A stretch of 64,000 bases of DNA from Tubiluchus corallicola (Eukaryota > Animalia > Priapulida): contig JAQGDQ010000161.1 in NCBI GenBank assembly GCA_030141605.1, forward strand, positions 186,001 through 250,000. Reading direction: 5' to 3'. A program made the translations under genes and the position numbers. Under the pieces are notes generated by a model. It had not been told where the DNA came from and did no database searches. It saw only the letters and a list, made by a program, of their open reading frames with translations. Shown in pieces: positions 52,499 through 64,000 of the stretch; position 1 is the stretch's first letter; each line of letters opens with the position of its first letter.

Positions 52499-55012
52499 AT
52501 CTTTATTTGCCATTAAAAACATTGATAATCACTGATAAAAACTTTATAGAGATAATCAATCAGTGTTAGTTAATAAAAACTTACACTGCTGAAGGCAAAT
52601 GCGTCAGTGCAATCTAAACTACTGTGCAGTAATGACGAATAAAATCAAACATATTTACAACTATACACAAAAAAATATAAAAAAAACTATGATTTAATTA
52701 ATATGGCCGTGGGTATATGAATTCGGAATTAGTGTGTATGTTGTCGTACTGGTGTGATGGTATTTCATATCTGGTTAATATTAGTGATTTTAATTTTGTT
52801 TTAAATGCTGATAGGGACTTGATTTGTTTAACCTGTAATGGTAGAGAATTCCAAAGTAAAATTGCTTGTTTGATTACAGAGTTCGTTCCATAGTGGGTAT
52901 TTGTCCTAATTTGTTTTAGATTGCTTGTTCTGGAATTAACGATAGGATTTGGAAAAAGGTAAATCTGTTATTCTGGAATGGTTTGCTGATGTTGTTAATG
53001 TATTTAAATATAAAAAGCAGAGTAAAATATTCTTTGTGTGCTTCAATGATTGGGAATTTTAAAGTTTTTCTCAGGTTAGTTGTTGAAGCTTTGAATTTTT
53101 GTCTACCTGCCTTGTGTTTGTATGAGTACCCAGCTATCAATCTCAACGCATAGTTTTGAAGGAGATTTAATTTTAAGTAATTTTCTCTTTTGGTTTTTTG
53201 AAGTAGCGTACATCCATATAAGAAGTGTGGTAGAACTAAAGTTTTATATATTAGTGTTTTAGTTTCCTTTGTTAGTTGCCCTTTAACTTGTCGGAGATAT
53301 GATGTGCTAGATGCCATTTTTGTGTATATGTTATTAAAGTGATCATCCCATGAAAGATTATTGTCTACTTGTATGCCCAGGAATTTAACATTGTTAGTTT
53401 GTTTGATTACAGCATTATCTATTGTCAAAGTGGTTGATGATGCATCATTAGTATTTAATGAGGGTGACAGTATCATGAATTCTGTTTTGTCATTATTCAT
53501 TTTTAGCTTGTAATGACTAAATGCCATATTTATATTTTTTATATCTTCTTCTAAATAATTTTTTGCAGTTTGGACATTTTCATGGGCTATGTAGATTGTA
53601 GTGTCATCAGCGTATTGCGTTATTTGTGAGTGTTTTAATACACTGGATATGTTGTTTATATATAGGCAAAATAATAACGGACCTAGTAGTGTTCCTTGCG
53701 GTATACCTCTGTTTAACGTGGCCCAGTCAGAAAAGTTGGTTGTATCTAACTTTACTCGTTGTTGTCTATCTTTGAGATAATTTTGTATCAGTTTTAACGA
53801 TATCGAATCTAATCCGATTTGTTTTAAATTATCGTAAAGTAGTTCGTGATTAATGCTATCGAAAGCTTATAACCTTATAACCGATAACCTTATATCCTTA
53901 ATTCAGTAAAAGCTGCTGCGCTCGCTTCGCGTTGTAAATGAGGACTATTTAGGATGTTCGCATATATTTGATTATAAGTGAATTTGTACGCAACATTTTT
54001 TGCGGGGCCTTTGCTAGTCATAAATAATCCTTTCCCAAACTTTGACAAAACAATGTAGTACAGAAATTGGGCGATAATTCATGAGGTCACATTTTGATTG
54101 GATTCACGTTTGTCATTTTACATACAGTTGGAAATTCGCCTCTCATATTTATCTGATTAGCAATGTAAGTCATATGCAGGTTTATTACAGGTGCACTATT
54201 TTTTATAATTTTGATAGGAATATCTGATGGTCCACTCCCTTTGTTAGAATTTATTTTATTTACCATGTCCATAATTTCTCCTACTGTGACGCTTGTAAAT
54301 GAGAATAATGTGGTAGTCGATTTGTTTTTTAATTTGTTAATTATATTATTGCTAATTTGAGAAGCCACTCCCCTAAAATTTTCAAGATTCAAGAATGTTG
54401 CCTTTAGCGCGTTGGCAATATATTTGGGCTTTGTAATAACAGTGTTGTTAATTTTAGTCTATTTTAACGCTCATATATATATATATATGAAGGTCCAGTT
54501 CATTTTTGCTAAATCGATTAAGTATGAATGTTTGTTGTATTGGGCGTTGTCTCTCATTATATGCCAGGCTGAATTTTGGTTATTGTTATGTTGTGGGGAT
54601 ATTTTATCTATTACATTTTTTCTACATTTTATTTGTGAAATGATGATTTGAATAATCAGACAGGAAAGTATCATGTGTTACGAAATTATTGTTACTATTC
54701 GAAATGAAATGGCCGATTACTGTGGCTGATGTTTTAGAAACTTGGGGGTAGGTTTATTGTTATTAAGTATGCGGACATTATATTGTTTTAAGAGCTCTGT
54801 GTATGTTTTGTAAGCCAGCGTGTTCGTAGCTAAAATATCGAGGTTGAAATCGCCCATTATAAGAACACTTTTTTTATTTTCGAAAACACAGCCTTCTAGT
54901 TCCTCACTAAAGTATTTAAAAAATATTTTATGTTTGAGATTGGGTGGTCTATATATGGTTCCCATAACATAGTTCTCAATCCTGCATCACACAGATTCAA
55001 TCTTGCCGGTTC
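52495..55012 (-). mobile_element. Decayed CR1-group LINE (L2/Crack/Daphne-like) ORF2 with 3' tail
   Basis: APE motifs IYRPPN and LIMGDFNLD. RT motifs AFDSINH, GIPQGTLLGPLLF and QYADDTTIY. Distal KFLGIQVDNNLSW and LWNSLP. Tail AAATAAAGATTATTAT. Frameshifts and deletions are present. Confidence 0.93.
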
Positions 55013-56174
55013 TAATGCCTTTAATTTCTTGTGGTCTCAGGTGTGAAGCTATATGCATTGCAACCCCTCCATTTTCATCGTGCGCCGATCGAGACGGGCG
55101 GACGTCTGCACTTGGCTTCTTCTATTGTAGATATAATTAACTTCCTTCCCAACAGATGTCAGCACAGTGCAAGTGTCATAAAATTATTCCCTACGCGCGT
55201 GTTTCGCACTTTTAGCATCAGTCCCTTTTCTGAAGGTGCATGATTTTCGTGGATTAACATGTTGCATTTCCACTAAAATTTTAGTTTTGCAAATGCTGTC
55301 TATCTTAAGCTTTGCTTTTTTTACAGTCGTGAGATCAGATTTTGGTATTGTAGGCCTTCAAAACAACAGCCAGAAAGGAATAACCCAAGTGTCTCAATAA
55401 TTACGCTGTTATGTGAGTTCTAAGCTGCTACAATCATTCAGGACATCAGTATAACTTTCAGAGAACTGCGAACTTCCGACATCAAAGGCTTTAACGAAGT
55501 AGTGAAAGAAATCCCTATAGAGCTTTAAAGGAACCAAAGTGACAATAATTCTTGTCTTTACACTATGTGTGAGCACAGCATGCTATTCAATGGTGTTCAC
55601 TGCTCTTAAGGGTCTATGCGCACGTACACGGAATGTAGATGCGTTGATGTACGGCATATCGGTATGGCTCCCCCCCAATAAAATAAAAGACTACAAAACT
55701 GAATAAAAAACAATTTCAAGAGCAGCCCTTCCTGGACGTCCCATATCCAGATCTGCTGCATCTAGTGCACACCGCATATTCCACGCCATGGAAGTAGTTG
55801 TTGACTGACTAACTACCTGACTGACTGACCGACTGAATAACTGACTAACTGGATTGATAGTTATTTTTTGGCTTTTTATATAAATCCTCTGACAACGGCA
55901 ATCAAGGTAAGGTGCTACTGTTAGAAAATGAGAATATGGTAATGAATATGTAAAGATTATAACTAATTCGCTAGGTGAGGTATTGGCTACGTTTTCCGGT
56001 TACTCGTTTTATGCGGACTAAACAATGCGCACTAAATTTTCATCGAAATTTAGATTCATGGCAACTGTAACGCTGTAATAATAATAATCTTAAATAGCCA
56101 GCTTATTACCATCATTTCAGCAGAGTTTTTTTTACATCGTCTTGATCGTTATGCCCTGGAGCGTGGCATTCGTG

Positions 56175-56371
<197 letters not shown>

Positions 56372-56699
56372 TTAAAGGAATGGAGAAGAGATGTACGTTG
56401 ACCGCATGAGTTTGCCAGTGTAGCGGACTAGTGATAGTGGTCTAAATGACTATCCAGATATTTGGGCAGAAAAGACTAGATAAGCGAGTAACCAATGCTT
56501 AGCATTCCGGACTAGTTCTTAAGCAAGTGAGCTAGGCTGTAGTTAGTAGGGAAACAATTTTCTGTTTAACGAACTTCGTAAATAAGAAGTCCAACGAAAA
56601 CTATCATCGCTTAGGAACCCTTTAAGAGATGTCCTGTGAGCACCTTCCATAACATTAGCGTCAAAAAGGATTTTTGTGCAACAAAACTTCGATTTCTTT

Positions 56700-57200
56700 A
56701 TAAATTATTATTATCATTATAACTCTTTATTTCGGGCATATAAACATAAACATATATACATGAATCCTCTATTTACAGGGTTATAACAGTTACCAGTATT
56801 TACATATCATTTTTAACAATTTCCAGTATAGCTATGCTAGTATTATATTATCATTACCTTCTTAACTGACATTGATATCAATTACCTAAAATTAATTAAT
56901 CCCGTTAGGTTAGTGATAAAATAAAATTTTCTAGCCAAATATCAGCAAAGTTAATTAAAATAAAAATATCACAAGTTAACATATAATTAATATCCTGGTG
57001 TTGTAAAACATTTACAAATTTTTCTCTTTTCAAGTGATTTACGAATTTGCATTCAAACAACAGATTGGTGTGGGGCTTGACTGATGTGCCTCTAAACACT
57101 GGCACATATTATTTTCCCCAATATTTGACCCAAATTGAATAGAAAATCATTAAAATTGCCCTGACCTGCTAGAAAGGTGCAAGCTAAAATCTCTTTATAA
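56700..57200 (-). mobile_element. 5'-truncated non-LTR element 3' end (R1/I-group-like zinc-knuckle region)
   Basis: FLAGQGNFNDFLF, then frameshifted MCQC...H...LLFEC. Tail AATAAAGAGTTATAATGATAATAATAAT. Confidence 0.55.
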
Positions 57201-58566
57201 AGTTTCTCACTCTGCGAGCCTGGATCTAGTACTCAATACCAGGGTCAACTTCATATACATAACTGCGGTTGGACTGGAACGTAGTGTCAGAGATAAATAT
57301 CGAAAGTGGCAAGCTAACACTAGCTCGCATGTGGCTAGTTAAGAGCCTACAGACCACCGATCTTCGTGCTGATGCCGGCAGACTCAACTTGCGCAAAGCC
57401 GACCAGCAATTAGCAGGTATATCAGGTATAACGAAATGACAAATGTTACAGACTCTGCATTGTTACGGTAGAAAAATCAAGATGTTTTGGGAAAAACGTA
57501 ATTACATTGCAATCTGAGCACGCTTACCTAACTTCAGTCACAACAGGATTTGTGAATCAATAGCTTATTTATTACGTCGAGATATTTCTCTTCATTGATT
57601 ACCAGATCCCACGCGATAGCTAGACGCTTGTCTATGTGTAATTAATCTTCGACGCATGTAATCCCATATCATAAAAATCCTAGAGTTAATTTAAGTTGGA
57701 ATAGATTCAGATATCGCATGATATGCGCAGAGTAGAAGAAGTGCTCTGTCGGAAAAAAGGCTAAGGAAAACATTTTCTTTTGTATTAGAGAATTACAGAG
57801 ACGCAGTTGGTAAATATTGATTCTTGGCCACTTTTTGAACAACATATTCAGGCATGTTCAATCATAACATGTGCAGATGATGGTGAAAATAATTAATGCG
57901 ACACGTTAAACAATTAGTCTAATCAAATTTGTATAGCGATTATTAGCGATCCCTTATTACTAAATGATCGCTCACTGGGAATTTAATACCATGCACATTA
58001 CTTATGCATACTTGGTCATACATGTTTCAGTCAGTTAATGGTGAGTGAATGAATTCTGGTCGAAATCTGCGAGCATGACCGTGGTTATTAGTATTATTAC
58101 TTGACTATAGTTCCTATCTTTTTAGTTTCTATCTCGGGCTCTTAAGCAAACTCAGCCTTTTAATCACATCGTCGTCTGAGCCCCTATCTCAGGTGTCCAC
58201 CCTACAAATTTCGTGATTTTACGTACTATAGTTTATTAGTTATTCATTGTCAGTCGAAATACTGACCAATGTCTAGTGTTTTTACCCTGTTCACCGTACC
58301 GTTCTTTTGGCCCCAAACCAGATGTCTGTTTTGCTAGGGTTTCGTGACCCTAAGCCTCTGCGGTTGCAAATGAACATGAATTAAAACAGAAAGCCTTGAA
58401 AAACTAGCTCCGCTCTGTTCGCGAATAAAAATAGAATAGAATCTCAGTTCCCTTTGAAGTAATTACAGAAATACAAAAATTAAGATTAGGAATTACTCGT
58501 GTTTGTCTTTAACTTCTTACAGGGCAGGAGACGAGTAAGATCAGATTACAACTGCAGCATTCAATG

Positions 58567-58845
58567 GTGATCGGTAAAAAAAGTCACAGGAAAAAAGTCA
58601 CAATTAATTTATGCTGGCCAGGAAAAAGCTCATTTTTGGCTATGTAAGAAAGTCGGGTAATCAAAAAAAAATATTCTAGTCAATCACAATTTATTTAAGT
58701 ACCACCAACAATTAAAGTACTAAAACAGAAAATTTTTAAATCAGTTGTTAACTGGCAATACATGACTTGCACACACTGGCAACACTATTCATGTGTGTGA
58801 TTGTTTTTCTGTGACTTTTTTTGGGACTTTATTACACGGATTCAC
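58567..58845. mobile_element. MITE with subterminal AAAAAAGTCACA repeats (MULE-like)
   Basis: GTGATCGGTAAAAAAAGTCACAGGAAAAAAGTCACA...TGTGACTTTTTTT...TTACACGGATTCAC, flanked by the direct repeat TTCAATG (58560-58566, 58846-58852). Confidence 0.7.
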
Positions 58846-59619
58846 TTCAATGCGGAGGCTGAGGTATGCAATATGAAATCACGTCTGAGTGCTTCTGTAC
58901 GAGTTGAATCACGAAAGCCCCAACATCATTAATTATCCGAACTTGCACGCTAGGCTGGGCAGGCTGGAATTATGTATCCATTTCTAATGATGCTTGTGGT
59001 TAATTTAGACATATTATGATTCTAATTGTGGTAAACGTATCATATTTTCTCGAACTTATCAATTAATATTACTTGCCAAGGAAGGAGAATGAAGTTGAAA
59101 TTATAAGGGAAATGACGTGGAGCAATTCGATCAGAAAAGCCTTACTGACTGCACCACTATTGTAGCATTATATGTGCAGAGTAGAAAAATTAACTTGTTT
59201 CCCACCTTTTCAACGCGAAAAATGCTTCCCAAGCACAAACATTTAATTGTAAAACATAAAAAATAACGCCGTCTCCTGCTAATCCCAGCCTTGGTTAATT
59301 AATTCATTACCTAAAAACAATAATTAATGTGAAATTGACGTGTGGTACTGAACCACAATGCTGAGTTCAGTAGGTCATGCTCCGGTAAAGTGATATAGAA
59401 ATCGTCTGTCATGCTATTCCCAGATGATTTTTTTTCTTTTCGTCATTTTGCCTTTTAAACTAAATTGGATTCTGTGATTTAAACCGCTGTTATTTCCACC
59501 ATTCCCACGATTGAGCAGTAGCGTCAAAACGCGGTAGAAATATTCGCCATGTATGCGTATATCAAAATACTCATGTCAAAACAACTTTAACACGTTTTTG
59601 TATTAGTGCCAAAAAATAT

Positions 59620-59860
59620 TTGTAGAACAACGAGTATGTAAAAATTGTTGTTTGAATAAAGTGAAGCACGAATTGCATGTAATTACTGAATGTCTACCGT
59701 AACATATAAGAGAGGAATTTTTTGGTATTCCCTCTGATTTTTGTACTAACTTTCATTAATGTATCCTAATGAGAAGTTTGTGCTTTTAAATGCGTCACAT
59801 AATGTAGAAATTATAAAAACTAATGATAGATCGGTCCAGAAAATGTTTGAATGCAGATAT
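59620..59860 (+). mobile_element. Non-LTR retrotransposon ORF2 C-terminal remnant
   Basis: VEQRVCKNCCLNKVKHELHVITEC...IREEFF fits the R.C..C....E.H....C knuckle. Stops are present. Confidence 0.6.
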
Positions 59861-61056
59861 AACTGAGATAACTCAAAGCAAGCCTCACTGATTAATTGCA
59901 ATAATTGTAGAACAATAAAGCTATGCTATTAAAGCAAATGCCAGGTCTCTTAGGAAGTTGAGCTTATTCTAATATTTGAGAAAAATGTTAGAAAGTTTCA
60001 GTAATGAAATTGTGACAAGCGCCTCGTTTAACTAATAATTTCAATTTAAAAACGCGATTCCTTTCATGCTTGGGCGAGCTCATTTTGGTGAAAAATAGCG
60101 CCATCTGGTTACCGTGCAAAATAAACGCTATTCTGTCAAGTGCTTAAGCAATCAAACAAAAAATTGAACTATTAATAAAATATTCTGCTAGAAAAGGTTA
60201 CGAGTTTCAGTTTCTGCATTGCATGCAGGGTTGTCAGCTAAAAATTTAAAAAAGTAAACAATAAACAAACAAGCAGACGAACGAACAAATGTTTTCCAAG
60301 ACAACGGTTTAGCTCGATCAATCAACGAATATAATGTAAACTGTTGTTATCACTGCTGCTGTTGGTGTTTATGTTGCCAATGCCACAGTGGCCGTCATTA
60401 CGTTGCCGTTTCATAATTGTGTCAATGTGACTGGATAAAATAGTCTATTAGATGCATTATAGAACTGTCTGCCGATAGATATGTATTACGACACATTTAC
60501 GACCGGATGGCGCATAATTTTGATTGCCAAACCGAATGGCTTTTTGCAAATTACAGCCAACAAAATTGCTGTTTTACGGCGAAAGACGGAAACAAATAAA
60601 CATGAATTCTCACGATTGTGCGATATTGCATACTGCTACAGTCAGAAAACCCGAAGCACTGAATTTCAGGTTTGTCGATGGCTTTCAGTTTCACCACAGA
60701 AACGTTTTTAAAACATGAAAGATGCCAAAAAACCGTTTATCTCAAACCACTAAAAAGACCACAAAACTGAAAAGTAACAGAAATGAGCCTTTGCTGAACG
60801 TCTCATGGAAAGAAGCATTCTTGCTCTGTAATTTGTTAGTAACTAAAATGTTTATTTTAAACTGTAGAAACAATGCGAATAATATACGAGGTGTTTTCAA
60901 AAGTGCTTCATTATTTTTAATAATTTGTTAAAAATCAGTAGCAATTACAACAGTAAACAAATCACAATTCGGTGGCTGAGCCTCCGATTCGTGACGTTTT
61001 TAGTGGTGTCAAACTTGGCTTCATATCTACTTCAGCGGTATGAGACTCTACGTCAC

Positions 61057-62052
61057 CAGTGGCGTCGTGCTATGGAGGCCCGGAGGGGGCGGCTTGTAAT
61101 GAGCCGATAATGTGTAAAATTTTGAGGAACGGTAAAATCTCCCACTGTAGCATGATATGCGATTATATATACACATAGGTATGATTATTGATTGAATCTA
61201 ATGTCAAGATGGAGAAAGTCAAGACTCTTTGCACCTTCTACAAGGTCTGGCTGATCCTTCTACAAACCCTCGAGTTGGAGTACAGCTTGTTCATTCATGC
61301 TGTCACTGCAGACTCTGTTCCTGAACATGTCAACACAAACTGCATGCACTCAGTATATTGTTATATGACTTCTTCTGGAATGGACAAACTTTACCCAATG
61401 ATCTCCATCGCATACCAGTTGATTCTGACTCTGCCCGTTACGTCTTGCTCTTGTGAGAGATCTGAAGTCTGTGGTTGAGCTCTTCTGGAGTGATGTTCTG
61501 CGTCGTTAGTACAAATTTTTAGTGCATTGATTCATATGTGTCACTGTATATCGCGTTTTACGCTTTAACCTCTGCTTTATCTTGGTGTAAACTGCAATAC
61601 CTGTCATTGCTTTTCTACTATACCCCTATAGTCATCCCGTAACGTATTCATGTTATGTTGTTGGCTTTGACAGTGTGTCTGAATCATTTAAAAATAACGT
61701 TTGTTGTTTGTTCAACATCTTCATCTTGCCTCGGAATAAAAAGTTTAGTAACTGTTAAAAATATTAAATTAAAGGTACATATGTTTTGGTAGTCGTGTTT
61801 TCATCGAATCTTTGGATTTCTGACAGCTAATAAACACTTAATTAAATTTTAATTTTAAATTTATTTTTAATTTTAATTAAATTTCTGTAGCTATAGCTTT
61901 AAGTTAAATGCCAGTTGGGAATAAATAAATCGTTTTTCTTGCACGCAAAATACTGGTGTGGAAATTCAAAATTATACGTTTTTTAAACAGTTAAGTTCCA
62001 CCATTGTATACAGTCGGGCCCCCCTAATTTTTCTTGCTGCACGACGCCCCTG
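61057..62052 (+). mobile_element. Internally deleted hAT transposon (996 bp)
   Basis: TIRs CAGTGGCGTCGTGC / GCACGACGCCCCTG match 13/14. The 8-bp TSD is TACGTCAC / TACGTCGC. It retains the hAT dimerisation motif LYPMISIAYQLILTLPVTSCSCERS. Confidence 0.9.
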
Positions 62053-62227
62053 TACGTCGCGTACCAGAAAGTGGTTACTTTAGATGGATCGCCATAGGAT
62101 TGAACCAAAAATATAAACGCAGGATTGCACAAGTGTAAATTGATGTCGTGTAATCCACTTTTATTTTATATCTTATTGTTTTAGCTCACTGTATGCAGTT
62201 CATTTTGAGTCAAATGCGATTAACTGA

Positions 62228-62448
<221 letters not shown>

Positions 62449-63390
62449 TTGGTAATCAAATAAACGAATACATAAAATTAAGTATAGTGCAAGTTTTGAG
62501 TCACAAACAAATGCATTTATTCACAAAGAACGAAAAAGCCTCAAAAATGAAAAAGGTTTCAGTCAGCTCTTGTGCAATAACAATTAATTTTGGTTGTTTG
62601 TGCCATTCGCATGTATTATTATATAAATGATGTAGAAATGTTGTAGAAAGTGATGATTATGTATATGATTTGCCAAACAGACAGGTAGCGGTAGGCTGAA
62701 AATACAATAGGGTGAAGTATACACAGAAAACGTAGGTAAATATTTGCAGTTTATTATAATAATATTTAACCAGCTTAATGAGAATGAGCTAAACGCTAAA
62801 ATTTCTCACACAGGTCTAATGATGTTATGATTCAATTTCGTGCAAGCAAAATAAAGACAATTTGATTGGCAAACAGCGACAATAAATTATTCTTTGTTTA
62901 GTTGCCGAACGAATCATTATGTTGAAATACAAACTGATATTTAAGACAAAAAAATCGATGTATTATTATCAGAATTACAGCCCGTATAGCAAGCAATTAC
63001 TAGCAACAGTCGAAAAACAGGTCAGACAAAATCTTGCCTGTACAAAGAACGTTTTTTCAGAGAAGATGTCTAATATATCACCAAAAGATAATTATAATGA
63101 ATATAATTATAGGACAACAAATCGCGAAATGTAACAGCATATGATGATACATACTCTGTATGCGAACAATATTAAAGACGAACTAGCTTAGCTTCCAATC
63201 CTAAAGGGTTATTAAGTGAAATGTTTGTGGAGAATAAAGGTTAATAAATAGAGATAAAACTGTAAGAGACAGAAGATTTTGCTATAGCAACATTTTAATT
63301 AGTTCTTTAAGAGATGTATTAAATGTGATTAGACAGAATTAATAAATCTCATGCTTTACATTAAAGGACAATTAGGCTCATGGTAAAATT

Positions 63391-63461
63391 GCTACAGAAA
63401 GACTTGAACCCGAGACCATTGGATTACGCGAACTTGCTCTAGCCCTCTGAGCTATGTACCC
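63391..63461 (-). pseudogene. tRNA-like pseudogene or SINE head
   Basis: GGTACATAGCTCAGAGGGCTAGAGC...GGGTTCAAGTC has an A box, D stem GCTC/GAGC and a B box, but the anticodon and T stems do not pair. Confidence 0.6.
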
Positions 63462-63496
63462 ATAAAGAGAAAGCTTACAGGTCTTTAGTAACACAT

Positions 63497-63497
<1 letters not shown>

Positions 63498-63548
<51 letters not shown>

Positions 63549-63584
63549 CAAGCAAGCAAGCAAACAAGCAAGCGTGTATGTATG

Positions 63585-63618
<34 letters not shown>

Positions 63619-63790
63619 TGTATGTATGTATGTATGTATGTATGTATGTATGTATGTATGTATGTATGTATGTATGTATGTATGTATGTATGTATGTATG
63701 TATGTATGTATGTATGTATGTATGTATGTATCTATGTATGTATGTATGTAGGTATGTATGTATGTATGTATGTATGTATGTATGTATGTA
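63498..63790. repeat. Compound (AAGT)n-(AAGC)n-(TATG)n microsatellite
   Basis: Successive tetranucleotide runs. Confidence 0.95.
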
Positions 63791-63947
63791 TATATGTGTG
63801 TAAGTAGGAAGGTAGGTAGGCAAGTAACTAACTAAGCATGCAAGCAAGCATTCAAGAAAGCAAGATGTTTATTTCAAGCCAGTGGCTCATATTAACAGAC
63901 AATTCACAAAATTTATTAAAACTTACACATGAAAAATTGTAACTTAC

Positions 63948-64000
63948 CTTATCCCTAGGCTGCCATATATCCAGCTCCGTGGATAAGCTTGCTCCAGCTT
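63948..64000 (-). other. Candidate exon 3' end running off the window edge
   Basis: GC-richer 53 nt ending in the consensus donor AAG|GTAAGT. Two frames are open: KLEQAYPRSWIYGSLGI (phase 2) and AGASLSTELDIWQPRDK (phase 0). Confidence 0.45.

Noticed and set aside
63391-63461. Functional tRNA gene
   Set aside because: The anticodon and T stems cannot pair. Retained only as a pseudogene or SINE head.

Overview
AT-rich animal genomic DNA. It is probably from an invertebrate, possibly a lophotrochozoan (inferred from gene and repeat style). It is not prokaryotic and has no CRISPR array or rRNA. The first ~21 kb is gene-dense: the last coding exon of a RhoU/RhoV GTPase (+), COPS5/CSN5 (-), an invertebrate claudin-like gene (+), EIF5 (+) and a Di-Ras GTPase (-). 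The last four have their recognisable coding sequence in one uninterrupted exon. From 21 to 64 kb there is no long intact ORF. This part is filled with microsatellites, LINE fragments, hAT/Harbinger/MULE-type elements and tRNA-derived SINE heads, and may be upstream intron sequence of Di-Ras. Four observations stand out. (1) A ~400-bp fold-back with a 14-bp target duplication carries minimal Penelope-type hammerhead ribozymes. (2) Candidate 8-nt and 4-nt microexons could extend Di-Ras in frame. (3) EIF5 has four poor-context upstream AUGs and a uORF overlapping its start. (4) An ISL2EU-like transposon remnant lies just upstream of COPS5. All calls come from reading the sequence by eye; no searches were run.
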